NCBI GenBank assembly: GCA_043797125.1
Contig: JAZDPX010000014.1
Coordinates: 1,755 to 65,754, forward strand
Reading direction: 5' to 3'
DNA from: Candidatus Omnitrophota bacterium
Lineage (GTDB): Bacteria > Omnitrophota > Gorgyraeia > JABMRG01 > JAFGKX01
DNA: 64,000 nucleotides
Every line of letters begins with the position of its first letter. Within the stretch, counting starts at the first letter, position 1. The notes under the pieces are model-generated. The model searched no databases and was not told the origin of the DNA. It saw only the letters and a list, made by a program, of their open reading frames with translations. Position numbers and translations under genes: made by a program. Below are positions 1-15,000 of this stretch, piece by piece.

Positions 1-67
1 TATTGACCCTGATTTTCAAGGAACCATCCAATCTCTTACTATAGACGGCTATTCAGGTGATATAGCC

Positions 68-3000
68 ATGCAAAGAACCCTTACCATAAATGGAAACCTG
101 TCCTTTTTGGGGAATAGCTATATTTCTTTTGATAACCCAGCTCTTGCGCCCAGCAGCCAGGAGCGCTTTAAAATATCATTAAAAGGCGACCTTATTATAG
201 ACAATACCAACGCCTGGGTATATGCTGCTATTAGCCTTTGCTCAAGCCAGGACCAGAACCTTCGTATTCTAAAGGGCACGGTTTATGGTGCAATCACCAT
301 AGATAAGGCCTCAGGAAGGGTCATTTTCGGCGATTTTGACCTTACCAAGCTTCCTTTGTACTTTGTGCCAAACCAGGGCCAGGTGCCTGATTCCCAGGTT
401 AAATTCTATGTCAGTTCAGGCAACCGCTTGATGTATTTTACGCCTACAGGAATATGCTATTTGTTTAGCCAAACAGACCCTGATACAGGAGTAAAGACTT
501 GGGTGCCGGTAAACCTGTCTTTTCTTGATGCCTCTGGAAATGCTGTAATAAGCCCTGAGCTTTTAACAGGCGCGCTGTTTAGCTACTTTTTAGGAAACGA
601 TTTAGCCCAATATCATGCAGGATTGCCCTCCTATTATAAGATTACTTACACCGGGCTTTATCCCGGAATCACGCTTTCTATAAGTTCACAGCAGTCAAAC
701 CTGAAAACAGAATACGTAGTTGCGCCTGGGATAGATTACTGTCAAATTAAACTCAGCTATGAGAATATCACCAGCCTTGAAATAGATAGCGAAGGCAACC
801 TCATAATCCGTACCAGCGTAGCCGAGCTTACGGAATTAAAGCCCTATGTTTATCAGTATATAGATGGAGTAAAAGTTGTAATTGATGCAGAATTTGAAAT
901 TTTATCGGCGAATTCCTATGGCTTTAAGCTCGGCGCTTATAATCAAGATTACGCCCTGGTTATTGACCCTACCCTATGGTTAACCTACTCCACCTATTTG
1001 GGCGGAAGTTCCCAGGATTATGGCCGGGCCATTGCAGTTGATTCTTCGGGTTGCGCCTATGTTACCGGAAGTACGCAGTCAGCAGATTTTCCCACCAGCA
1101 ACGCTTATCAGGGAAGTAGTGGCGGATCTGATGATGCTTTTGTAACCAAGTTTAATTCCGCAGGAAGCGCGTTAGTATACTCCACCTATCTGGGCGGAAG
1201 CGATAATGATGCTGGTTACGGCATTGCAGTTGACTCTTCGGGCTGCGCCTATATTACCGGCAATACAAGCTCCACAGATTTTCCCCTGCAAAACGCTTTT
1301 CAGTCAAGTAAGAGCACTGGTTCAGATGCTTTTGTAACCAAGTTTAATTCAGCGGGAAGCGCGTTAACCTACTCCACCTATCTTGGTGGAACTGGCAGTG
1401 GTGATTATGGCAAGGGAATTGCAGTTGACACATCAAGCTGCGCCTACGTGACAGGATATACAGACTCCACAGATTTTCCCCTGCAAAGCGCTTTTCAAGG
1501 GACCAAGGGCGCAGGTTATGATGTTTTTGTCACTAAGTTTAATGCCGCAGGAAGCGCCTTAACTTACTCCACTTATCTTGGGGGAAATAACAATGATTTT
1601 GGCCGCTCAATTGCAGTTGACTCTTCAGGCTGCGCCTATGTTACCGGTGAGGCCAGGTCAACGGATTTCCCCATGCAAAGCGCTTATCAGGGAACTCATG
1701 GCGGCGGGCTTTGGGATGCTTTTGTAACTAAGTTTAATGCCGCAGGAAGCACATTAGCCTACTCTACCTATCTTGGGGGAAGCGGCGGTGATTATGGCTA
1801 TGGAATTAAAGTTGATTCTTCAGGTTTTGCCTATGTTACCGGCTCTACAATCTCCACAAATTTTCCCACCCAAGACCCGTATCAGGGAGCCAATGCCGGC
1901 AACAGCGATGCTTTTCTCACTAAGTTTAATGCCGCAGGAAGCGCGTTAGTCTACTCCACTTATCTCGGCGGAGCCGTTAATGATTATGGCCGCTCAATCG
2001 CAATTGACCCTTCAGGCTGCGCCTATGTTACTGGCGAGACATCCTCATCCGCAGATTTTCCCACCCAGGATCCATATCAGGGAAGTTATGGCGGCAGCAC
2101 TTGGGATGCTTTTATCACTAAGTTTAACTCTGGCGCGAGCGCGTTAGTCTACTCCACTTATCTGGGCGGAACCGCTGCTGATTATGGCACGGGGATTGCG
2201 GTTGATTCTGCATATATCGCTTATGTGGCTGGTTACACAGCCTCCACGGATTTTCCTACAGAAAGCCCTTATCAGGGAAGTAATGGCGGCAACGGTTATA
2301 ATGATGCTTTTGTGGCCAAGCTTAACTTTGGCATTAGCGTATCCGGCACTGTTTATACCAATGAAGGCAAGACCGCTAATGTGAGTTCAGGCGTGACCAT
2401 AGGCCTTTCAGTGCATGGCCTTACCAAGACCACCAATACTACCGATGCAAATGGCGCATTTACTTTTTATTCCGTGCCTGTTGATGCTGATAACACAATC
2501 ACTCTTTTTGTTGACGATAACGGCTCTTACGAAGCAAACCTGGTCTCCCAGGCCGCAGACGGAACTTCCGCTATAAGCGTGGAGATGTATACCAATAAAA
2601 TTGTCTTAAGGTATGAAAGCGCCGGCCCGATGACCAACACCCTCCTAAATAGAGCAGATAACTCTGGCGATGATGATATACATTATACTTTTTCCGGTTC
2701 CGACATCACCTTTGATACAGGTTATGAAGTTTGGATTGACTCAGGCAAAACTTATACCCCTGGCGCGGCAGTGAGCGTGGATAGCCTAGAAAACAACGGC
2801 ACTTTTAATCCCGAGGCAAACGCGATTACGGTGCGCGGCAGTTGGGATAATGACGGCACCTTTACCTCCTCCGGCACGGTGAGTTTTACCACCGCAAGCA
2901 GCGCTACCATAGACACAGGAGGTGTTGGCGCAAGCTGCGACTTTGAGAACCTTACAGTGGATAAATCAGGCGGAATATTGCAACTCACAGGAAACCATCT

Positions 3001-6000
3001 GGAAGTAGATACAACCCTTACTATTACTGCCGGCACCCTTGACATGAACGGCAAGAATATTACTGAGGCCGATACTATATCTGTTACCGGCACCCTTAAA
3101 CTGCAGGGAAGCGAGACTACTTCAGTTGCTCCTACTAACAATGCCGGCTCAACCATAGAATACTCAGCCACTACAGCAATTAAAGACTGGACTTATAAAT
3201 CCATTAAATTAAACGGCTCTGGCGCAGTGTTTACTTTGCCCGGGGATATTACTGCCAATGAAAACTTTGAAATTACCCTGGGTGAATTCCAGCAGGGCGC
3301 GAATAAGAATTTAACTGTTAAAGGCGACTTTACCATTGCCGCAGCCAATGCCACCTTTACCAAAGGCACCGGCACTTCAAAACTAATCTTAGACGGCTCA
3401 GGCACTACGCCCACCTTTTACGGGCCGACAACACCGCAAAATTTAGGCGTTGTTCAAATTGGCGCTTCTCCTGGGGATGTCTATTTAAACGCTGATTTTA
3501 TGGCAGATTCAATTACCGTGGATGCAGGCGATGTTTTCTATACCATGGGTTATGAAGTAGACGCTGGTTCAGGCGGCATTACCTTGGTTACCGGCGCACC
3601 GGGTGGTGAAATTGATACCACCGATCAAGATGCTGCTGGCTATGAAAAAGACGGCACTATTATTACATGCGCAGGCGCATTTACCATAAATGCCGGAGCT
3701 GTATTTACCAAGTGTTCCACAGCGTCCTACGAAAGCTTAGTTAAGATGGATGGCGGAGGAGCAGCTAATTTTAAATCTTCCAGCCAGGACATTGGTAACT
3801 TTCAAATCTCTACCGCCAATTCCAACATTACGCTGCAGGACGCCTTAAATGCAGATGATATTACAATTGACGGCTCAACCACTCTTACAGCTGGAGCCAA
3901 TGCTGTTAATTGCGCAGGCGATTGGGATAATTCCGGAAGTTTCTCAAGCTCTGCCGCAGTCACATTAGACGGCACAGCTCAATCCATCCTCGGCTCAACT
4001 ACTTTCTATGACTTAACCAAGACCGTTGTTTTAGCAGATACCTTAACCTTTGACAGCGCCGGCGAGCAGATAATTACTCACGATTTAACATTAAACGGAG
4101 CAGATACCGAGCTTCTATCAATAGTAAGTAATAACCCGGGAACAAGAGCAGCTCTTACCCTTCAAGCAGGAGGCACCCAAGACTTACAATACTTAGATGT
4201 CCAGGATTCAGATGCTTCAGCAGGCTTAACCTTAGCAGGCGGAGCTACCTCAACCAACTCCGGCAATAACTTAAACTGGAGCTTTCCTATAGATATAGAC
4301 GGCATTGCCTACGCTGCAGATGAAGCCGCTACTTTAGGCAATGGCATCGATATTATCTTAAGGGCATATGATTTAAGCGGCAACCTGCTTGCCGGCTATC
4401 CTCAAACCGCCACAATAGCCGGCGGATTAGGGGAGTTCAGCTTTAGCGGAGTAACCGTAGTTGCAGGAGGAGCGCTTGTATTTTATATTGATTCTACTGA
4501 TACCGGAGGCAATGCTGGCAATACCTATACCATCACCGATGCTACTGATATCGCTGATATGCAGATATTCTATAGCCACTTAAACGTAAGAGATGATACT
4601 GCCTATGTCACCAAAATACCCGTTACCAACACTATCCTTAATTACTATGACAATGGCAGTGATTCCGCTAATATGATATTTAATGTAAACGCCGGCGCAA
4701 TGACTATGGAAAACATCAGCGAACTTAAAATAGATTCCACCGGCTCTTTTGCTCCAGGGGGCGATGTGACCACAGGAATCACTGTTGCGGATGCCGGCTC
4801 AGATAATCTTGTTTTTAACCTGGACGGCGCCTGGACTGAAAGCGGCGCCAGTGCGGAAACTTTAACCATCAAGAAACATTCTGATTTTAGTGGGTCCTTT
4901 ACTAAGGGAATCGGCACAGTAGTATTTAGTAATGCAACACAAACCATAAACGGCACCCAGGAATTTAATAATGTTACTTTTACTTATAACGGGACAGGCG
5001 CTGCTGCTTATTTTACTATTAATAATACTCTGACCGTCACTGGCACTTTAAAATTTGCCGGAACCTATGGTGTTAGCCTTAGTACAGGAACTATTAATGC
5101 CGAGGGAAATATCGAAATTACCAATACTAGCACCCGGAATCCTGAGGGCACGGCAACCATTAAGATTAACGGCGATGGGAACCAAATTATTACCGGAAGC
5201 CCTGCTGCGGACCAAGGCCAGTTCCCCGGTAAAATGTATATCAGTAAAGACAGCGGAGATTTAACCTTGACTGACGGCACTTTTATTCGTATCGGGAGCG
5301 ATTGGACTTTTGACAAGATGCTTAACGACGGTCAGCTTATCGTTACTGGCTCAACCGTGGTCTTCTATAGTAATCTCACTATTACCGCCACTGTTGCTGG
5401 CGACCATGGCTTAAATAATGTTACTTTTGCTACCAGCACGGGCGCTGATTATTACCAACCGGAAATTGCTGCCGGCACTATTCTTACTGTTGAAGGTAAC
5501 CTTTTCTTTGATGGCCCGCGCCAGGTCAGGCTTAATACCGGCACCATTTGGGTTTATGGGGATGTTACTACTGATATTGCTGATGATGATGGCGGCGGTT
5601 CAGCTCTGATAGTATTTAAGGGCGCAAACCCGCAAAAACTCACCGGCAGCGGTGCGGCCGGGACAGGCAAGTTATGCGATATTGAAATCGCCAAAACCAA
5701 CGGCACTTTTACCTTAGAGAGCATTATCTGCGTAGACGGCCACTGGACTTTTACTTCTATCGGCGCTGGTTCTATTGTTAACACTGACTCTACGGTGATA
5801 TTCTATGGTAACCATAACGTAACTTGTGAAGGCGATATTACCATGGCCTTTAATAATGTGACCGTTGCCGGGAATACCCGCACCTTAACCGGCGATTTAG
5901 ACGTGGACGGTGCTTTAATCATTGACTCCGGCTGTAGCTTAAACAACGCCGGCAACCACGCAATTAATGTCGGCGGCAACTGGGATAATGATAATGGCGG

Positions 6001-9000
6001 AACCTTTACCTCCGGCAATGCCACAGTAACCTTCGATGGCCCAAGCGCGGCAACAATCTATACCGGCGGCGCAGGGGCTAACTTTGACTTTAACAATGTA
6101 ATAATTGACAAGGATGCCGATGGAACAGTAGTGCAAATAAGCGGTAATCTCTGGGAAATAGACGGCACCTTGACCATTACTCAAGGCGTGCTTTATCTGA
6201 ATGGCCAGAGCATTACTAATTCTACCGGCCTTTCCATTGAAGATGCCGGTACCTTAAGGCTTAATGGCAGCGAAAATATTCCTTGGGCTGCCAACGACAT
6301 TAACACCGGTACCTGGGAATATATCGGAGCAGGCGCAGGGCCTTACAACATCAAGGATTTTGGCGCTGATGATTATCATAACTTGACTATCAATGCCACC
6401 AATGACAGCGATATCTTCCAGTTAACAGCTGCCTTAAAGGTCTATGGCGACTTAACCATAGATGGCGGTGAATTAAATGTAACCGATACAGACTACCAGA
6501 TTAACGTAGCCGGCAACTGGGAAAATAACGACACCTTCACCCCTGAAGAAGGAACAGTAATATTAGACGGTTCAGGCCAATCCATACTTGGCTCAACTAC
6601 TTTCTATGATTTAACCAAGACTGTAACAGCAGTAGATACCTTAACCTTTGACAGCGCTGGTGAGCAGATAATCACCCATACCTTAACCTTAACAGGTGAT
6701 GTAGGAGACGGAGACCTCTTATCATTAGTAAGCAGCACACCCGGCACAAGAGCAGCTTTAACATTACAGGCAGGAGGCACTCAAGTTTTATCTTACTTAA
6801 ATGTCCAAGATTCTGATGCTTCAGGCGGCTTAACCTTAGCAGGAGGAGCTACTTCTACTAACTCAGGCAATAACTTAAACTGGAGCTTCCCCATAGATAT
6901 AGACGGCATTGCTTATGAAGCAGATGAAGCTGCTACCTTGGGTAATGGCATAGATATTCTGTTAAGGGCATATGATTTAAGCGGCAACCTTCTTGCCGGC
7001 TATCCTCAAACAGCGACAATAACCGATGGGCTGGGGGGGTTTAGCTTTAACGGCGTAACCGCAGTTGCCGGAGGCGTGCTTGTATTCTACATAGACTCTA
7101 CTGATACCGGAGGCATAGCCGGTAATACCTTTACCATCACTGATGCTACTGATATTATTGATATGGAGGCATTCTACAGACACCTTAATATAAGAGATGA
7201 CACCGCATATGTCACCAAAATACCCGTTACCAATACCATCCTTAATTACTATGACAATGGCAGTGATTCCGCTAATATGATCTTTAATGTAAACGCCGGA
7301 GCAATGACTATGGAAGCAACGACAGAATTAAAAATCGATTCCACCGGTACCTTTGCTCCGGGCGGAGATGTTACTACAGGCACTACAGTTCCCGATGATC
7401 TGATTTTTAACTTAGACGGCACCTGGACTGAAAGCGGCGCAAGCGCGGAAACCTTAACCATTAAAAATGACTGCGACTTTACCGGCGGCACTTTTACCAG
7501 GGGAATCGGCACGGTAAAATTTACCACTTCCGGCACAGACATTACCGGTTCGCAGGAGTTTTATAATCTGTCATTTATTGCCCCTAACGCTGTTTATGCT
7601 ATTGAAGCTCTCACCGAACTGACTGTTCACGGCACTTTAACAATTCAAGCCACACACGCCAGCAACGCGTATATCCTATTAAATGGCGGCACCATCAATG
7701 CTAAAAGAGATATTACTCTTTCGGTAACTACCCCCGGAGCTGCCTCTAATCTTGGCCCATGCACAGCTACTGTTAATATAAATGGCACTGTTGATCAGAC
7801 CATTACCGGAACTTCCGTCGGCGACGATAGCGTTGGAGTCGCTCTTCCTAATGTAAATATCAGTAAGGATCCCGGCAGCACCCTGTTTTTGAAGGACTAT
7901 ATTGCTTTCTGTGCGACTAGCTGGACTTATACTAAAGGCACTATAGATATAGCTACTTATGATTCCACTGTTAGGTTTCATGACGCAGATATGACTATTA
8001 GTGGAAGTCTTATTTTAGACAATGTTTGGTTTTCTGCCCGCAATAGCGATACTTTTGAGATTGTCAACACCCTTACTGTTAATAATCTTACAATCAGCGG
8101 CTTTTCTGGCAGCCCAACCTTAAACACCGGCACCATTAATGTTAAAGGCGATATTGACCTTTCAGGTGGTGGTAGTGGCGGTGGAGGCACTGCTACGATT
8201 AAAATCAATGGCCTGAATATCCAGACTATAACCGGCTCTGGAACTGCAAACTATGGCAAGCTCCCTAATCTTACCATTGAAAAGCTGGATGACACCGGCA
8301 ATTTAGTCCTTTCCAGCATCATCAGTATAGCCGGCAACTGGATTTTTAATACTATAGGCGCAAATGACACGGTGGTGAATACCGGTTCTACTGTGGTTTT
8401 TTATGGCAACAAAAACCTGGATGGCGAAGGCGACATCACTATGGCCTTTAATAATGTTATTTTTGGTGCCTCTGGCGGTGGCACTCGCATCCTTATAGGT
8501 GATTTGGATGTAGACGGAGATCTAACTATCAACGGCAGCAGCATCTTAGATAATAATACTTCCGGCACCTTTGATATCTCCGTAGGCGGGGACTGGAGCA
8601 ATAGCTACAGGTTTATTTCCGGAGCCGGCACCGTAACCTTTGATGGCGGAACTTCCGCTACCCTAAACAGCGGCGGCACTGGCCAATATTTTGACTTCAA
8701 TGATATTATTGTTGCTAAAACCGGCGCTGCGGTGTTGCAGCTTAGTGGCAATACCTTAGAAATTGACGGCACTTTAACCATTAACGATGGAGTGATAGAT
8801 CTAAATGGCCAGACTATCACCAACTCCACCAGCCTTTCCATTGAAGATGCTGGTACTTTAAGACTAATCGGTACTGAAACCATTCCCTGGGCTGCCAACG
8901 ATATTGATACCGGCACATGGGAATATATCGGCGGCGGTTCAACCACTTATACCTTAAAAGACTTTGGAGCTGATGGCGGCAATGATTACTATAACTTAAT

Positions 9001-12000
9001 AATTAACTCTTCTGTTGGCACGGCAGACACTTTCCAAATAGACGGCGTCAAGAATTTAAAAGTGGCTGGCGACTTCTCATTAAATTCAGGAACCTTTAGC
9101 GCTAACGGCCGTAACCAGAACATAGCTGGAGACTTTAGCTTAGCCTTAGGCGCTCTCTACACAAAAGGCGGAACTCTTACCTTTGACGGCGCCACAGCTG
9201 CCAGCTATACAGATTCTACCGTCGGCTTACAGAATGTCGGCGCGGTATCCTTAAATAAGACTGATGCCGGAGATCCTGCTACTAACAATAAATTAACCTT
9301 GCTTAGCAATATGCTCTGCGACAGCTTAACAGTAGACGGCACCGGCGGCTCTGCTGATACTTTAGCTATCGGAGCAAACACCATTACCGCAACCGGAGCT
9401 ACTGATTTAAACGGCACTCTTACCATATCAACCGGCACCTTTAATGCTGACGGCGCGTTTGATGGAACAGGCGGCACAATAACCTTTACCGGCGAAGGCA
9501 ACTTAGTATTATCTTCCACAGTTACTAATGTAGCTTCCAGTCTTACCACTACTATGGGTGAAGTTATCTATGACGGCGCAGCTGCCCAGGATGTAGATAC
9601 GGGTATTACTTATCATGATTTAACCATAGATAATTCCGGCGGATTTATTGCCACCCAGGAAGCAGGAACATTAGATATTAACGGAGACTTCCTAATCAAT
9701 GACTCTAACGCAAAATTTACTGCAGCCAACGCAGGAAACATCGAAGTATACGGAAGTTGGACTAATAACGGCACTTTTACTGCTAATTCCGGCACCGTTA
9801 CTTTGAATGGAACATCGCAAGCCATAAACGGCTCAACCACATTCTATAACTTAACCAAGTCTGTAGCAGCAGCAACTACCCTAACCCTTGATAACACTGC
9901 TACTCAGCTTATTACTCATACTCTCATATTAAACGGAGACGTAGGACAGCTTCTTTCATTAAGAAGTGATTCCACTCCTAATCAATTTAGTATTACCCTG
10001 CAAGCAGGCGGCACGCAGACACTATCTTATCTTGATGTAAAAGATTCCGATGCTTCAGGAGGCTTGACTCTTGCAGCAGGCTCAACCTCTACTAATTCAG
10101 GGAACAACTTAAACTGGAGCTTCCCGATAACCATTACAGGCACTGCTTACCAAGCTAATGGCACAAGCTATCTGGCTAATGGCAAAACCATTGAAATGCG
10201 CGCCTACGACTTAAGTAATAATTTAGTTTCCGGTTATCCTTTAACTGTCGACACTGCAGACGGGTCCGGAGGCTTTACTTTTAGTAACGCTACTGTAGTC
10301 ACCGGCGGAATTTTAGTTTTTCATATTCATGATGAAACTGAAAACGGAAATGTTTATACCATTACCGACGGAAACAGCTTTTCCATGAATCTTCTGCAAA
10401 ATTTCCTGATTATCCGTTCTGATAGCGCCGCAGCCAGCGCGAGCAATTGCATTACCAACGCCAAGTTAGACATATATGATAGAGGCCAGGATACTAACGA
10501 TATGCTATTTACGGTTACTGCCGGAGCCTTGACCATGGATACTTCATCTGTGTTGAGGGTTAGATCCAGCGGCTATTTTACCCCCGGAGGCAATGTTACT
10601 ACCGGCACAACAATTCCTTCTTTGGCATCGGCTGTATACGATCTGGACGGCACCTGGACTGAAACAGCCGGTGACACTTTAACCATACAAAATACCTGTA
10701 CCTTTGACGGCACCTTCACCAAAGCCACCGGCAAGGTAAAATTTAATACCGGCAGCGACACCTCAAGCATAATCGGCGGCACGCAGGATTTTTACGATGT
10801 AGAATTTAATAATCCTACCGGAAGCGAAATTACATTTAGCATTTCAAATACATTAACGGTATACGGGACTCTTACGCAGAGCGGGGCAGGCAACGTAAGG
10901 CTTGTAGGAGGGGCCATAAATGCCAAAGGCGATATTGTTATTGGCAATACTGGCGGGACCGGGGATACCACTGGTTCAACGACAATTAATATTAATGGTA
11001 CAACCGATCAGGAGATCATCAGCACTGTTGGCGTTGGAGAAGGTAAGTTGCCCGCAGTTACTATTAATAAGCCAGGCGACAGCGGTGATTTAACGCTTAC
11101 CGGAATAGTTAACGTTGGCAACAACTTTACCTATACTTCTATGGGTAATGGCCTTTTTGTAACTGATGACAGCACGCTGGCTTTTTGTAATGCTTCTATT
11201 ACTGCTTCCGGAACATTCATCGTGAATAATCTTACTTTTTACAACGGAAGGGCGCCATCTTATACTTTTAACATTGGCACTATTACTGTTAATGGAACAT
11301 TAACTCTCGCAGGCAGCGGCCCGATCGGACTCAATAACGGAACCATTAACGCCAAAGGCAATCTCGCGACAACAAATACAAACACAAACTGCTCCGGCAT
11401 AATGACCATAAATATTAACGGCGATGTCCCGCAGGAATTCAGCGGAAGCGCGACAATGGGCCAGGGCAAGTGGCCGACGATTGTTATAAATAAAACAGAC
11501 ACATTGACGCTTAAGAATATTATTTCGATATATTGGGACTGGACTTATACCGCAGGCACCGTGGACGCCACAACCAACGATTCCACGGTCGCGTTCTATG
11601 AGAGCCATAATTTAGACGGCCAGGGAGCAGGCGGCACCATGGCTTTTGACAATGTTACCATCGCCGGCGGCACCCGTACTTTGACCGGCAATTTAGATGT
11701 TGACGGCAATTTAACAATCAACTCCGGTTGCGCCTTAAGCTCCGGCAATTACGCCATCTCCGTAGGCGGCGACTGGGACAACGACAACGGTGGCACATTT
11801 ACCTCCGGCAATGCCACAGTTACCTTTAACCACGCAAGCGCAGCTACAATTTACACCGGTGGAGTTACAGGTAATTACGACTTCCATCAGAATATAGAAA
11901 TTAACAAGGATGCTTCTACCACAGTAGTGCAATTAAGCGGCAATGGCTTAGACGTAGACGGAACCTTTACCATAACCAAAGGAATCTTTTATCTTAATGG

Positions 12001-15000
12001 CCAGCCTATATCCAGCGGCACTACTCTTAGCGTAACTGACAACGGCACCTTAAGGCTTAACGGTAACGAGGCAATGTCCTGGACCTCTAACAGCACTGCT
12101 ACCGGCACCTGGGAATATGTTGGAGCAGGAGCTGGCCCATATAACATAAAAGACTTTGGAGTTAATGATTATCATAACTTACTTATCAACGCCAGTAATG
12201 GCACCGACGTATTCCAGCTCACAGCAGCTTTAAATGTAGATGGTGACTTAACCATTGATAGCGGTGAATTAAATGTTACTGATACTGATTATCAGATTAA
12301 TGTTGCCGGCAACTGGGAAAACAACGACACCTTTACCGCGGAAGAAGGAGCGGTTGTATTAGACGGCGCAGGCCAATCCATCCTCGGCTCAACCACCTTC
12401 TATGATTTAACCAAGACTGTTACTTCACCTGATATCTTAACCTTCGATAGCACTGGCGAGCAGATAATCACCCACACCTTAACCTTAAATGGAGATACAG
12501 GAGACGGTGACCTGCTCTCAATAGTAAGTGATAACCCCGGCACAAGAGCAGCCCTTACTCTTCAGGCAGGTGGCACACAGAGCTTATCTTACTTAGATGT
12601 TCAGGATTCCGATGCTTCAGCAGGTGAAACCCTAAACGGAGGAGCTACATCTGATAATTCGGGAAACAACTTAAACTGGATTCTTCCTACTGATGTATCC
12701 GGCACAGCCCGCCAGACTGATGAAACAGACCCAATAGCAGGAATAGTTGGCATACTCTTAAAAGTATATGACCCATCCACCGGCTTACAAAGAGGCGGTG
12801 ATTATACTGATGATACTGATAATGATTTAGGCACCTTCACCATGACTAGCGCTTTAATGAAAGATGGGGATATATTAATCATATATATAGACGGCGCCGC
12901 AGAAGACGCCAACACATTCACCATAGCCGATGGTTCTGACATGGCCGGCGTAGACCTTTATGACGACCACTTAGTAATCAGAAATGAAATCGCAGGCAGC
13001 ACCACCCCCATTACCAACACCATTCTTAATTACTGGGACAGCAATGACGACGCTGACATGGTTTTTGCAGTAAATAGCGGCGCTTTAGTTATGTCTACCG
13101 CCAAAGACGCTGAACTCTACATTAACTCCGGCGATTACTTTGCTCCTGGAGGAGATGTTACTACTGCCGACGGAATTCCTTCTGGCCAGCACACCTTAGA
13201 CCTAAACGGTACCTGGACCGAAAGCGGAGCAAGCGCTGAAACCTTAACTATTAAAAACGACTGCGATTTTACCGGCGGCACTTTTACCAGAGGTATTGGG
13301 ACAATAATATTTAGTACCGCTTCGGCTACTTTGGATATTTACGGCGATGATACACAGGATTTTAACAATGTAACATTTTACGGCGGCGCAGCCACTTTTG
13401 CCATAGAAGCTGATACTGTTTTGACAGTTAATGGCACTTTAAAAATTGAAGCCGTTGGAGGCACGGTTTATGTTTATTTACTTACAGGCACCATTAATGC
13501 CAAAGGAGATATTACACTTTTGATCTCTACCGGCTCTACAGACTACCGCACCGTTGAAGGCACGGCTACGATTAATATTAATGGCGCTGGCGACCAGACC
13601 ATCACCGGCCTCTCTTCCAGCGACGGAATTAGTTCTGTCAGCCTTCCCAATGTGAATATCAGTAAAGACACAGGAACTTTATATTTAAAGGATTTTTTCC
13701 GAGTAAGCGGCGATACCTGGACATATACAAAAGGATCTTTAGATGTTACCACATATGATTCCACAGTAGAATTTTTTAGCGGCATGACTATTATAGGCAC
13801 ACATGCTTTGGATAATGTTACCTTTACAGGAAATTCTGTGCCTGATGAAATCGCAGCCGGGACAATATTGACTGTTAATGATGAGCTTACTATCGGCGCC
13901 TTCAACTATGTCTGGATAAATACAGGCACTATTTATGCTAAGGGAAATATTACCCTTAATGGTCTATGTACCAACAACGCTAGCGGCGGTTCAGCTACCA
14001 TTATTATTAATGGCGCAGGCGATCAGTACATAACTGGCACTGATACAGCCGGAACCGGAGGAAGGCTGCCTAATATAGAAATCAGCAAAGATTCCGGAAT
14101 ATTATATTTTGATAATATTATCACTCTTACCAATTATGACGGAAACATAACTTGGACTTATACTAAAGGTACGGTAGATGCTACTACGTATGGCTCAACA
14201 GTGGCATTTTATGATACCACCAACGTGGACGCCGAAGGCATGGCATTTGATAATATTATTATTGGCGGCTACGTAGCTTTAGCCAGCGGTTTAGATGCAG
14301 ACGGCGACTTAACTATAAATTCAGGTAGAACTCTCGACAACTCCGGCAACTACGCCATCTCTGTCGGCGGCGACTGGGATAATGATAATGGCGGGACTTT
14401 TACCTCCGGCAATGCTACCGTAACCTTTGACGGCGCAAGTGCTGCTACCATTTACACCGGCACGACCGGTGCCAATGTAAATGACTTCCAGAATGTAATA
14501 ATTGACAAGGATGCCGATGGCACAGTAGTGCAGCTTTCCGGCAATACCTTTGAAATCGACGGCACCTTAACTATTACTCAAGGCGTACTTTATCTGAATG
14601 GACAGAATATCACCAATTCCACTACGCTCTCTATTGAAAACGCCGGCACCTTAAGATTAATAGGCACTGAATCCGTACCCTGGGCAGCCAATGACTTTGA
14701 CACAGGAACCTGGGAGTTCGTAGGAGCCGGTTCAGGCACCTATGTTATTACCGATTATTATACCCACTACTTTAATTTATTACTTAACTCCGGAGATGGT
14801 ACTGATGAATTCCAGTTAGGCGCAGCTTTAGACGTAGACGGTGATTTAACAATAGAAAGCGGTGAGCTAAATGTAACAGACGCAGATTATCAAATCAACG
14901 TAGCCGGTGACTGGACAAATAACGACACCTTTACCGCAGAAGAAGGAGCTGTAGTATTAGACGGCTTAGGTCAATCAATACTTGGCTCAACTACTTTCTA

